This document shows positions 1 through 6,990 of a DNA stretch of 16,212 nucleotides, one piece after another. The DNA comes from Candidatus Altiarchaeales archaeon. GTDB lineage: Archaea; Altiarchaeota; Altiarchaeia; IMC4; QMZM01. Each line of letters starts with the position of its first letter. Within the stretch, counting starts at the first letter, position 1. Under the pieces are notes generated by a model that worked only from the letters and a program-made list of their open reading frames with translations, did no database searches and had not been told where the DNA came from. The stretch covers positions 1 to 16,212 of the forward strand of contig QMZG01000009.1 in the NCBI GenBank assembly GCA_003663045.1, in the 5' to 3' direction. The position numbers and the translations under genes are program-made.

Positions 1-33
1 CAACATATATAGGTATGTTAGATTTTTTACGCT

Positions 34-53
34 AGAAATCCTAAAGGATTTCT
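34..53. terminator. Perfect 8-bp inverted repeat AGAAATCC-TAAA-GGATTTCT preceded by a T6 run (23-28). It may be an intrinsic-like terminator for a gene upstream of the window, or an operator.
   Basis: Seen directly: 34-41 AGAAATCC, loop 42-45 TAAA, 46-53 GGATTTCT is the exact reverse complement. The oligo-T at 23-28 is typical of archaeal termination signals. The position upstream of the virB3/4 promoter would suit either role. Confidence 0.25.
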
Positions 54-237
54 ACATAGCTATAATTATATTATGATAAAGAAGATAGATCTGAAAAAGT
101 TTGACAAGTTATCCACAGAGAAACAATACGAGAATTAGTTGGATAGAGAGTAGGTTATTTGAAAATATCTGTGATTATTACCTTTATTCTTATTTTAACT
201 GAATCTGATCTTCTGAAATATATCCCACAAAAAACAA

Positions 238-258
238 ATATTTATAGGAGTTTATATA
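238..258 (+). promoter_or_regulatory. TATA-like boxes (AAATATTTATA / TTTATATA), about 24-31 nt upstream of ATG 282. Candidate archaeal promoter giving a leaderless or short-leader virB3/4 mRNA.
   Basis: TTTATATA at 251-258 is centred about 27 nt upstream of ATG 282, which is the archaeal TATA-to-TSS spacing. GGGAGA at 274-279 could alternatively act as an SD. Confidence 0.3.
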
Positions 259-281
259 ATGTTGTAATTAACAAGGGAGAA

Positions 282-1160
282 ATGCCATATAAAATTCCCA
301 CTGACATAAGATATGAGGAAAGGTTATTTGGACCATTAACCGTGAAGCAATCCATATACGCCTTAGTAGCAGCTATTTTAATTCTCTATCTTATATTTTT
401 CTCCGGTTTAGAGTTTTATGTATACATCATACCTGTCTTTTTAGTAGCTATTCTGGCTATAGGCTTTATAATGTTCAATCTGGATATGTATCTCTTAAAT
501 TATCTCTACTATATTAAGGGGATGAAAGAGTCATCATGGATTTCACCCGCTGCAAGGAAGTTGATGGAGATTAGATCAATTAGAGCGGATGCGGTATTTT
601 TGAAGGACGGTCGCGTTCTTGGTGTGATAAAGGTAAAGCCCATTAACTTTGGGGTCCTGAGTAGAGAAGACCAAGATACGGTGATATATGGATTCTTAGA
701 ATTTATAAATTCATTGAGTTTTCCTATACAGATTGTGATGAAGTCTGTTAACCTTGATTTAAGTGATTATCTAGGAGCATTGAAGAGAAGGATTGTGCAA
801 AGAGATGATAAGATGGCTCTTGCCTATTATGAACATTTTTCAGAGTATATGTATGATTATATAAAGGCCAATAAAATTAATGACAGATTATTCTACATAA
901 TAGTTCCCGCCAAAAGGTTTGCAGATGAAAAGAAGACGATCATGAATCTGGAGGATAGATGTAAGGCGGTTATTGAAACCCTGGGTCTTTCGGGAATTAT
1001 TGCAGAAAGACTGGGTAATAGGCAACTTCTTAGCCTTTATTCATCCTATTTCACAGAGTCATTTAAATTAGATGAGGAATTTGTTTCGCCTATTACCATG
1101 TATAAAAGGATGTGGCATGAAGCACCTAAAAAGGTTTATTATGTAGAAGAGGAACTATAA
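282..1160 (+). CDS. VirB3-like membrane hairpin fused to the VirB4 N-terminal domain, i.e. the N-terminal part of a split T4SS VirB3-VirB4 ATPase. The ORF track starts it at TTG 159. ATG 282 is the more likely start.
   Basis: With ATG 282 the N-terminus reads MPYKIPTDIRYEERLFGPLTVKQSIYALVAAILILYLIFFSG...IPVFLVAILAIGFIMF. A short cytoplasmic segment, the 'LFxGLT' motif and two TM helices form the classic VirB3/TrbD/PrgI layout. The following stretch AVFLKDGRVLGVIKVKPINFGVLSREDQDTVIYGFLEFINSLSFPIQIVMKS matches the conserved start of the VirB4/TrbE N-terminal domain ('dGsl..v.r..g.d...s.ee.e.....l..ll..l'). ATG 282 has GGGAG 5 nt upstream and a TATA box at -27. The longer TTG start adds a hydrophobic 41 aa of uncertain reality. 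Confidence 0.7.
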   Translation: MPYKIPTDIRYEERLFGPLTVKQSIYALVAAILILYLIFFSGLEFYVYIIPVFLVAILAIGFIMFNLDMYLLNYLYYIKGMKESSWISPAARKLMEIRSIRADAVFLKDGRVLGVIKVKPINFGVLSREDQDTVIYGFLEFINSLSFPIQIVMKSVNLDLSDYLGALKRRIVQRDDKMALAYYEHFSEYMYDYIKANKINDRLFYIIVPAKRFADEKKTIMNLEDRCKAVIETLGLSGIIAERLGNRQLLSLYSSYFTESFKLDEEFVSPITMYKRMWHEAPKKVYYVEEEL

Positions 1161-1165
1161 TCAAA

Positions 1166-3481
1166 ATGGAATTTCCAGATATAAAGCTTCCCTCTGGTTT
1201 GTCTCTACCAATGTTTAAGAAAAAGAAAAAGACAACGGTAGAAGAGGGAGGGGTGTATGAATATGAGGACAAACTCATAGGGTATTTGACATCCCCTTCA
1301 ACCATAATAAAGCATATAGATGACATTCAGATAGAGAAATTTCACAGGATAATAGCTGCCATAAATTATCCTCGCTTGGTAGAACCGGGATGGTTAACTA
1401 GGTTAATTGAGATGAATCTGGATTTTGATTTAAGTATTCATATCTCACCCTATTCCATTGAATCTACTGTGAAATTATTGGAGACTGAGATAAAGAAGCA
1501 AAAAACTGACCTTTATGGACTAAAGGCTGAGGGTAAAATTGTACCTCAGGAATTGATACAGAAGCATGAGGATACCAAGGCTTTATTGGAAGCAATTCAA
1601 AATGGTACAGAGAAGATGTTTACAATGAGCCTTTATATTGATGCTAAGGCTTATGATAAAAAGACCCTGGAAAAGGTGACGACTATGATAAAAGCAAAGA
1701 TGAGTTCTATTATGATCACCCCAAAGGTTCCTTCCTTTCAGATGTATAAAGCACTTAAGTCTGTATTGCCCATACAGGATGACCAACTCCATATAACCAG
1801 AGAGATTACATCATCCGCCGTATCTGCATGCTTTCCCTTTGCTATCACCTCTTTAGAACACCACGCTACAGGAATTCTGATAGGATTTAATCAGATAAAT
1901 AATATACCCATTATAATTGATCCATTTGAATTAAGCAATCCCAATATACTAGTTCTGGGGACATCCGGCGGGGGTAAGAGTTATACTATAAAATTACTAT
2001 TGATGAGGGAATTCATGGAGGGCGTGGATATAAATATTATTGACCCGCAGGCCGAGTATACCGACTTGGTTAAGACATTTAAAGGAAAGACCATTAGAAT
2101 TGCCCCAGATTCTGACTCCATAATAAACCCATTTGATCTTATGGGTCAACCCCTGGATGAAAAGAAGCTTTCGCTTTTAGCATTCTTTAGGGTTCTTCTT
2201 GGGGAACTAAATGAGGGACAAAGGGCTATCCTCGATGATGCCATTGACAGTACCTATGAGGATGCTGGAATTACCAAGGATCCCAAGACCTGGTCAAAGA
2301 GGCCCCCAATATTAGAAGACCTTTATGATCATATTCTACCCCTGACCAGATCCGAAAAGGAGATCATCTATAGGCCTGCTATGTCTATTGTGAATAGACT
2401 AAAGGCCTATATATTTGGACCACTAAAATTTTTGAACCAGCAGACTAAGATAGAGCTTGACAACAGGATGATTTCCTTTGATATTAGGGATATACCAGAC
2501 ATTGGTAAAGGAACTATTATGTTCCTGATCTTGGAATATGTCTATACCCAGATGAAAAGAAGCAGGAAGAGAAAGGTCCTGGTTGTTGATGAGGCGTGGA
2601 GTGTTTTTTCTGCGGGCGATGAAGGTGAGTACATACTAAGACTAGTAAAGACCTGTAGAAAATTCAACCTATCATTGGTTATGATAACTCAAGACGTGGA
2701 GGACGTTCTCACCTCAAGGGCTGGCAGGGCAGTAATGAGTAACACCGCCACTAAGATATTACTAAAGCAGGATACTACGGTAGTTGATGCTATCAGTGAG
2801 AAATTTAAACTTAATGAGGCTGAAACTAGGTTCTTGAGGATTGCCAGCGTGGGTACAGCATTATTGATTGCAGAAAATCTTCGGGTGCCAATTCATGTTC
2901 AGGCATCCCCAGAGGAGCACAGGATTATAACCACCAGACCAGATGAACTCTTAGAAATGATAAGGAGAGAGGGAAGACCAGAGGTGGATAGAGAAATGAA
3001 ACCTGAGTTGGATATTACTGACGTGGTTCAGAATAAGATTAAATTAACCAATGAACAGATAGAGGCTTTAATGGATATAGGATTTACTGAAGTTAGGGTT
3101 AATTCACTGGATGGTAAGAGTGAACTCTACATCATAAAGAATGAGACAGAGGATACTGATGAACATTTTGTCTTACAGCATCTTATCTTCAAGGAGGTTA
3201 AAAAATATACGGACAAGGTACTGATACACTACACAAAGTTGCCAGACATAACATTTGAAACTCCCGATGGGAGATTAATTGCTATAGAGGTAATCGCCGA
3301 CTTGGGTTTAAAAGCAAACATAGAATCTATGGAAGAAAAACTACCTATATTAAAGAAATATAATGATTATTTCTATGTAGTCAAAGATCCTGAGCTGAGG
3401 AAATATGAAAGCTTTGGTGAGATCCTAGTTAGAACACAGGTTCCAACCAAGATCAGATCATACTTTGAAGCTGGCAGTTAA
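1166..3481 (+). CDS. virB4: VirB4/TrbE/CagE/TraC-family type IV secretion/conjugation ATPase (C-terminal ATPase part of a split VirB4). It carries an extra roughly 170-aa C-terminal extension made of a predicted wHTH plus a restriction-endonuclease-like (PD-(D/E)xK-type) fold.
   Basis: Walker A ILVLGTSGGGKSYT (nt 1958-1981 = GTSGGGKS). Walker B KVLVVDEAWSVF (DEAW at nt 2588-2599), the VirB4/TraC hallmark. Sensor motif LVMITQDVEDV ('ITQ'). The start is 5 nt after the stop of the VirB3/VirB4-N ORF. C-terminal aa about 620-771: LTNEQIEALMDIGFTEV (HTH-like), then EHFVLQHLIFKEVKKYTDKVLIHYTKLPDITFETPDGRLIAIEVIAD. The pattern E...D...E-V resembles the core of a PD-(D/E)xK / Hjc-like nuclease fold. 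That last point is an inference. Confidence 0.88.
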   Translation: MEFPDIKLPSGLSLPMFKKKKKTTVEEGGVYEYEDKLIGYLTSPSTIIKHIDDIQIEKFHRIIAAINYPRLVEPGWLTRLIEMNLDFDLSIHISPYSIESTVKLLETEIKKQKTDLYGLKAEGKIVPQELIQKHEDTKALLEAIQNGTEKMFTMSLYIDAKAYDKKTLEKVTTMIKAKMSSIMITPKVPSFQMYKALKSVLPIQDDQLHITREITSSAVSACFPFAITSLEHHATGILIGFNQINNIPIIIDPFELSNPNILVLGTSGGGKSYTIKLLLMREFMEGVDINIIDPQAEYTDLVKTFKGKTIRIAPDSDSIINPFDLMGQPLDEKKLSLLAFFRVLLGELNEGQRAILDDAIDSTYEDAGITKDPKTWSKRPPILEDLYDHILPLTRSEKEIIYRPAMSIVNRLKAYIFGPLKFLNQQTKIELDNRMISFDIRDIPDIGKGTIMFLILEYVYTQMKRSRKRKVLVVDEAWSVFSAGDEGEYILRLVKTCRKFNLSLVMITQDVEDVLTSRAGRAVMSNTATKILLKQDTTVVDAISEKFKLNEAETRFLRIASVGTALLIAENLRVPIHVQASPEEHRIITTRPDELLEMIRREGRPEVDREMKPELDITDVVQNKIKLTNEQIEALMDIGFTEVRVNSLDGKSELYIIKNETEDTDEHFVLQHLIFKEVKKYTDKVLIHYTKLPDITFETPDGRLIAIEVIADLGLKANIESMEEKLPILKKYNDYFYVVKDPELRKYESFGEILVRTQVPTKIRSYFEAGS

Positions 3482-3496
3482 TTAACAGTTAATTAA
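3475..3496. repeat. Tandem direct repeat of 11 bp, CAGTTAATTAA x2, each containing the palindrome TTAATTAA. It overlaps the virB4 stop codon and lies 26-47 nt upstream of the SPFH ATG, so it is a probable promoter/operator element.
   Basis: Seen directly: 3475-3485 cagttaattaa and 3486-3496 cagttaattaa. TTAATTAA is TATA-like, and the second copy is centred about 28 nt upstream of ATG 3522. Confidence 0.4.
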
Positions 3497-3521
3497 GCTA
3501 ATTTATTAAATTTAATTTAAT

Positions 3522-4682
3522 ATGGCGTTGATACCATTGGGTGAGAAAGAGGCTGAAGGGGAGGTCTATGTCCCAGAGGAGAAAAAAACAGGGATAGATA
3601 TCATAGAAAAATTCATAGAAAAATGGAGGGATGGGATATTTACCATCCTCGTTATCGCTTTTATAACAGCAATTTTTATTCCAGATATATTCCTGGGGGA
3701 TATTGGGATTAATCTTAAGTTGATAATTTTTGTTATAATAATTTTTTTAATCATTAGGATATCAGTTGTAAGATTACTTGAGTATGAAAGAGCAGTTGTA
3801 TTCCGACTGGGTAAATTTCACAGGGTAGCTGGTCCGGGTTGGGAATTGATTTTTCCAATAGTGGAGAAGTTTGTGAGGACGGATCTGAGATTAAAGGTTT
3901 ATACCATAGAACCGCAGGAGATAGTCACAAAGGATAAGGTAAGATTCTTGGTCTCTCCGGAGATATTCATGTACGTTTCTAATCCAAAGGATGCGGTGAT
4001 AAATGTGGACAATTACGAGAAGGCAGTTCTTTCTTATGTAAATTCAGCCCTGACCCATGTGGGCGGTGATTCAACCTCCGATTACATAGTAGCGCATATG
4101 GATGATATAAGCGAGATGCTGGAGCACAGTGTTGAAAAAATATCCACATTACCGGGAAGGGAGTGGGGGGTAATTGTACCAAAAATTAAGTTGGGGTTCA
4201 TCAGATTTCCAGATGAGGTTCAGTCCGCTATGCATAAAAGGGTCGCAGCCGGGCAACTAAAGTTGGCGGCACATGAAAAGGCAGATGCTACTAAGATTGA
4301 AATAGACGCCATAAGAGAGGCTGGCTCAAAACTTACTGATCCAGCAATTACCTATCTGTACCTAGAAGCATTGGATAAGATAGCTAAAGGAAAAGCTACG
4401 AAGATGATATTGCCTCTAGAAATATCCAAGATTGCAGAGAGCATAACCAAGAGAACTGGTGCTTTACCAGAAACACCTGAGGTCAGTTTACCCAAAGATT
4501 TAATTCGGAAATATAAGGAGTCTGTGGATAGGTATGATAAAAAACTGAAGGAGATAGAGGATAAACTGGCTAAAAGGGAGATAAAAGAAAGGAAAGAAAA
4601 GTCAGAGAAAAAAGAAACTGGGGAAGAACTTAATGAATACAAGGAGAGGATTAGAGAGATAAAAAAGAGGATCGGTATATAA
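3522..4682 (+). CDS. SPFH / Band-7 (stomatin/prohibitin-like) membrane protein with an N-terminal TM anchor and a C-terminal K/E-rich coiled coil.
   Basis: N-terminal TM segments FTILVIAFITAIFIPDIF / LKLIIFVIIIFLIIRI are followed by the canonical stomatin signature VVRLLEYERAVVFRLGKFHRVAGPGWELIFPIVEKFVRTDLRLKVYTIEPQEIVTKDKV. The pattern 'V.EYERaVvfRlGk....PG...i.P..d.v..vdlr......p.q.v.TKD.v' is classic SPFH. The tail EIEDKLAKREIKERKEKSEKKETGEELNEYKERIREIKKRI is a coiled coil. Confidence 0.85.
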   Translation: MALIPLGEKEAEGEVYVPEEKKTGIDIIEKFIEKWRDGIFTILVIAFITAIFIPDIFLGDIGINLKLIIFVIIIFLIIRISVVRLLEYERAVVFRLGKFHRVAGPGWELIFPIVEKFVRTDLRLKVYTIEPQEIVTKDKVRFLVSPEIFMYVSNPKDAVINVDNYEKAVLSYVNSALTHVGGDSTSDYIVAHMDDISEMLEHSVEKISTLPGREWGVIVPKIKLGFIRFPDEVQSAMHKRVAAGQLKLAAHEKADATKIEIDAIREAGSKLTDPAITYLYLEALDKIAKGKATKMILPLEISKIAESITKRTGALPETPEVSLPKDLIRKYKESVDRYDKKLKEIEDKLAKREIKERKEKSEKKETGEELNEYKERIREIKKRIGI

Positions 4683-4853
4683 GGCAATGGCACTTTGACA
4701 TTAACTTTGTTAAAGGCGCGTTTGCGTCCCTTATGAGGACTAATGACACCTTGATTTACGCTTTGTTAGTAACACCGATGCTTAAATTCTCTTCATATTG
4801 AGGATATTAGTATTGATTAATTTGAATGAAATCTAAAGATTATAAAATCCAAA

Positions 4854-5126
4854 ATGGATGATAAAATCGATACACAGAATATCTACATCGATCCAGAGAA
4901 AAAATTTGTTACTATAAGAGTAAATCCAAGGATTTATAAGATTCATACTATTATGAACGCTGCGGATGAATTCATAGAGACGGCAGAATTGGTAATAGAC
5001 GGAGATCCAGAAAAGGAGATCATCGTCAAGATGATCCCAAAGAAGAAGGATCTGACCGAGGAAGAATTGCTAGAATATGCCTACAAATTTAACACTTATT
5101 TGATATCCCATAGTGCTACGAGATAG
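4854..5126 (+). CDS. Small hypothetical protein (90 aa), acidic, no TM. It sits in a 170-nt / 100-nt intergenic context, implying its own promoter.
   Basis: ORF MDDKIDTQNIYIDPEKKFVTIRVNPRIYKIHTIMNAADEFIETAELVIDGDPEKEIIVKMIPKKKDLTEEELLEYAYKFNTYLISHSATR. TATA-like TATAAAA at 4841-4847 and TTGATTAATTT at 4813-4823 lie upstream. No recognisable motif. Coding status rests on ORF length and codon usage similar to its neighbours. Confidence 0.5.
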   Translation: MDDKIDTQNIYIDPEKKFVTIRVNPRIYKIHTIMNAADEFIETAELVIDGDPEKEIIVKMIPKKKDLTEEELLEYAYKFNTYLISHSATR

Positions 5127-5194
5127 AACCTGGATTAATTCAACTGATTCTTATTAAAATTCTCAATCAGCAATAAAGCATTTAAATAGCTTCT

Positions 5195-5208
5195 CAAAAT
5201 ATATATCA
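5195..5208 (+). promoter_or_regulatory. TATA-like box AAATATATAT centred about 26 nt upstream of ATG 5227. Candidate leaderless promoter for the Mrr-PAP2 gene.
   Basis: Seen directly: 5197-5206 aaatatatat, ATG at 5227. The spacing is typical for archaeal leaderless transcripts. An additional TTTAAATA sits at 5181-5188. Confidence 0.35.
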
Positions 5209-5226
5209 AACATAACATGACATAAT

Positions 5227-6990
5227 ATGGACGACTTTGAAAGATTTTGGATGGAAAGGGAAAGAGAAGAACTGGAGATAGAACCGGAGAAACTTAGAAA
5301 GGTTCTATCGAAGATACTTAAAGAGTTTAATCTGGAGTTAAAATCAATTGAAGAAACCGAAGAGAAAGACCTGGTAGCTACATGCTTAGATAAATTGGGG
5401 AGGGAGGTAACATCCTTAATAAGAATTCGTGCCGATACCGAAGGGATCGAAAGGGATGATGTAGAGGACTTTTATGAGGATATGGTAGAGAAAAGGGCTG
5501 TAGCTGCTATCTTTATCACTACCTCTTATTTTTTTAAGGATGCCAAGGATTTTGTAGAAGGGCTTCCCATAAGGCTGGTTGATAGAACACAGTTATCAGA
5601 AATTATAGCTGAGATCGAGGCCATAAAGGTTGAGAAGGCATTTGTTTCTGGGATGAATGACTCACAGGTGGTGAAATATTTCCAAAAAAAGACAAAGGGG
5701 AGGGTATTAGGTAGATTTGGAATGCCTGAGAATATCGAAGAGATAGATCGCAGGTATCTACCCATGGGGTTTTTCAGTCTCAAGAAAATCGAAGAAAACG
5801 TTGAAAGGAGAAAATTTGCATACATAGATCTCAGCAGTGGCGATCTCTTCTATATAGATGAAGGACGTATAAAGAAGGATGATATCATAAAGAATATTCT
5901 TAATCTTCCTCCAGAATCCAGGGAACACCTCATGGATTTGATTGAGCATGGAGAACTGCCTCATGAACATATAGATGGGAAGTATTTGCTCATACTGAAA
6001 AAAAGAGGGTTATTAGGAGAGTATGAAGAGGGTAGAGGGGGTGGAATCCTCAGTACTATGGTAAATGGAATCATGAGTTTAGTGATGATAATAATCGATA
6101 CAGCAGGGGAATTTATTGGCATTCCAAGATCAGAACATGTTCCAAAGGGGGGTACTGCTCAACCAAAGAGAGTTAAAGCGAGAGTCAATATCCCCATCTT
6201 TGATCAAGCCTATAATCTGGAGAATTTTATGGAGGTTTCAAATGCCAGTGAGGAATTTGATCCGGATCCCATGAAGTATAAACCAGAGGAGGTAGAGGAT
6301 ATTCTGAGGAAAATCACCGGGTATGAGGTAAAATTCGAGAATATGGTTTATTTTCCCTATTACCTGTGCAAATATTCTGGTCCAAGGGGGGAGAGGTACA
6401 GAAGGTTATATTCAGTGAAATTTAAAGAATTTTTTCCGAGGCCGGGAACATATAATGTATTGTATCATATTATAGACAAGTTTCCAGAATTGCCTTATCT
6501 CATACTGGCTGCTCTTTATATCCATTTTAATATCAGTGAAACGGAAAAATTAATGCATGTATTCTCTTCTTCCTTTCTTTTCCTGATTATATGCGTTTTC
6601 ACAGGGACGTTGTTAAAGGCTATCTTCAAGACGGAAAGAGTAACACCCTACTACGGTGTATCAGTTTTTAGATACGGATTTCCATCCATGCACAGTTTAG
6701 CCTCCATCGGTGCTATAGGGTTTGTATATTTTATAGAACCCATGGGGCCTTTACTTTCACTAGTACTGGTACCAATAGGTCTGCTCTATGTCTATTCCAG
6801 AATCAAGATAGGCGCTCACAGCGTGACCGATGTTATTGGGGGGGCAATCATTGGCCTTATCATGGGGATAATCTCTGGTATGCATCTACTGAAGATTCAT
6901 CTTCCATATCCTTTGGAGTTGATATCCACCACACTTTTTGTTATCATGCTATTTATCTTTATTATAATTAGAATTAAGTATATACACTAA
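5227..6990 (+). CDS. Fusion protein with an N-terminal Mrr-type restriction-endonuclease-fold domain (Mrr_cat-like), a central linker/wHTH-like region, and a C-terminal polytopic PAP2-superfamily (type 2 phosphatidic-acid phosphatase / haloperoxidase fold) membrane domain.
   Basis: N-terminus: LSKILKEFNLELKSIEETEEKDLVATCLDKLGREVTSLIRIRADTEGIERDDVEDFYEDMVEKRAVAAIFITTSYFFKDAKDFVEGLPIRLVDRTQLSEII. This follows the Mrr_cat pattern (D..D core, 'QcKr'-like LIRIR, 'gi.vTTs.Ft.eA..fa....i.LidgeeL'). Note R replaces the usual catalytic K. The C-terminal TM bundle carries the three PAP2 motifs: KAIFKTERVTP (KX6R-like, aa 464-474), FPSMHS (PSGH-type, nt about 6682-6693), and YSRIKIGAHSVTD (SRX5HX3D, nt 6796-6831). 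Confidence 0.8.
   Translation: MDDFERFWMEREREELEIEPEKLRKVLSKILKEFNLELKSIEETEEKDLVATCLDKLGREVTSLIRIRADTEGIERDDVEDFYEDMVEKRAVAAIFITTSYFFKDAKDFVEGLPIRLVDRTQLSEIIAEIEAIKVEKAFVSGMNDSQVVKYFQKKTKGRVLGRFGMPENIEEIDRRYLPMGFFSLKKIEENVERRKFAYIDLSSGDLFYIDEGRIKKDDIIKNILNLPPESREHLMDLIEHGELPHEHIDGKYLLILKKRGLLGEYEEGRGGGILSTMVNGIMSLVMIIIDTAGEFIGIPRSEHVPKGGTAQPKRVKARVNIPIFDQAYNLENFMEVSNASEEFDPDPMKYKPEEVEDILRKITGYEVKFENMVYFPYYLCKYSGPRGERYRRLYSVKFKEFFPRPGTYNVLYHIIDKFPELPYLILAALYIHFNISETEKLMHVFSSSFLFLIICVFTGTLLKAIFKTERVTPYYGVSVFRYGFPSMHSLASIGAIGFVYFIEPMGPLLSLVLVPIGLLYVYSRIKIGAHSVTDVIGGAIIGLIMGIISGMHLLKIHLPYPLELISTTLFVIMLFIFIIIRIKYIH

Noticed and set aside
159-281. TTG-initiated N-terminal 41-aa extension of the VirB3-like ORF (MKISVIITFILILTESDLL…).
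   Set aside because: It is not excluded, but it is less likely than ATG 282. The ATG has an SD-like GGGAG 5 nt upstream and a TATA box at -27. The extension would add an extra hydrophobic segment not found in VirB3-like proteins.
1216-1230. Lys-codon run aag-aaa-aag-aaa-aag as a possible programmed-frameshift slippery site joining the two VirB4 ORFs.
   Set aside because: It lies about 55 nt downstream of the only window (1148-1160) where both frames are open. It cannot mediate the required shift and simply encodes KKKKK in the linker.
4683-4853. Possible tRNA or att-site remnant in the long spacer.
   Set aside because: No acceptor-stem/T-arm (GTTC-type) pattern or 3' CCA-proximal structure could be recognised. 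It is kept only as a low-interest observation.
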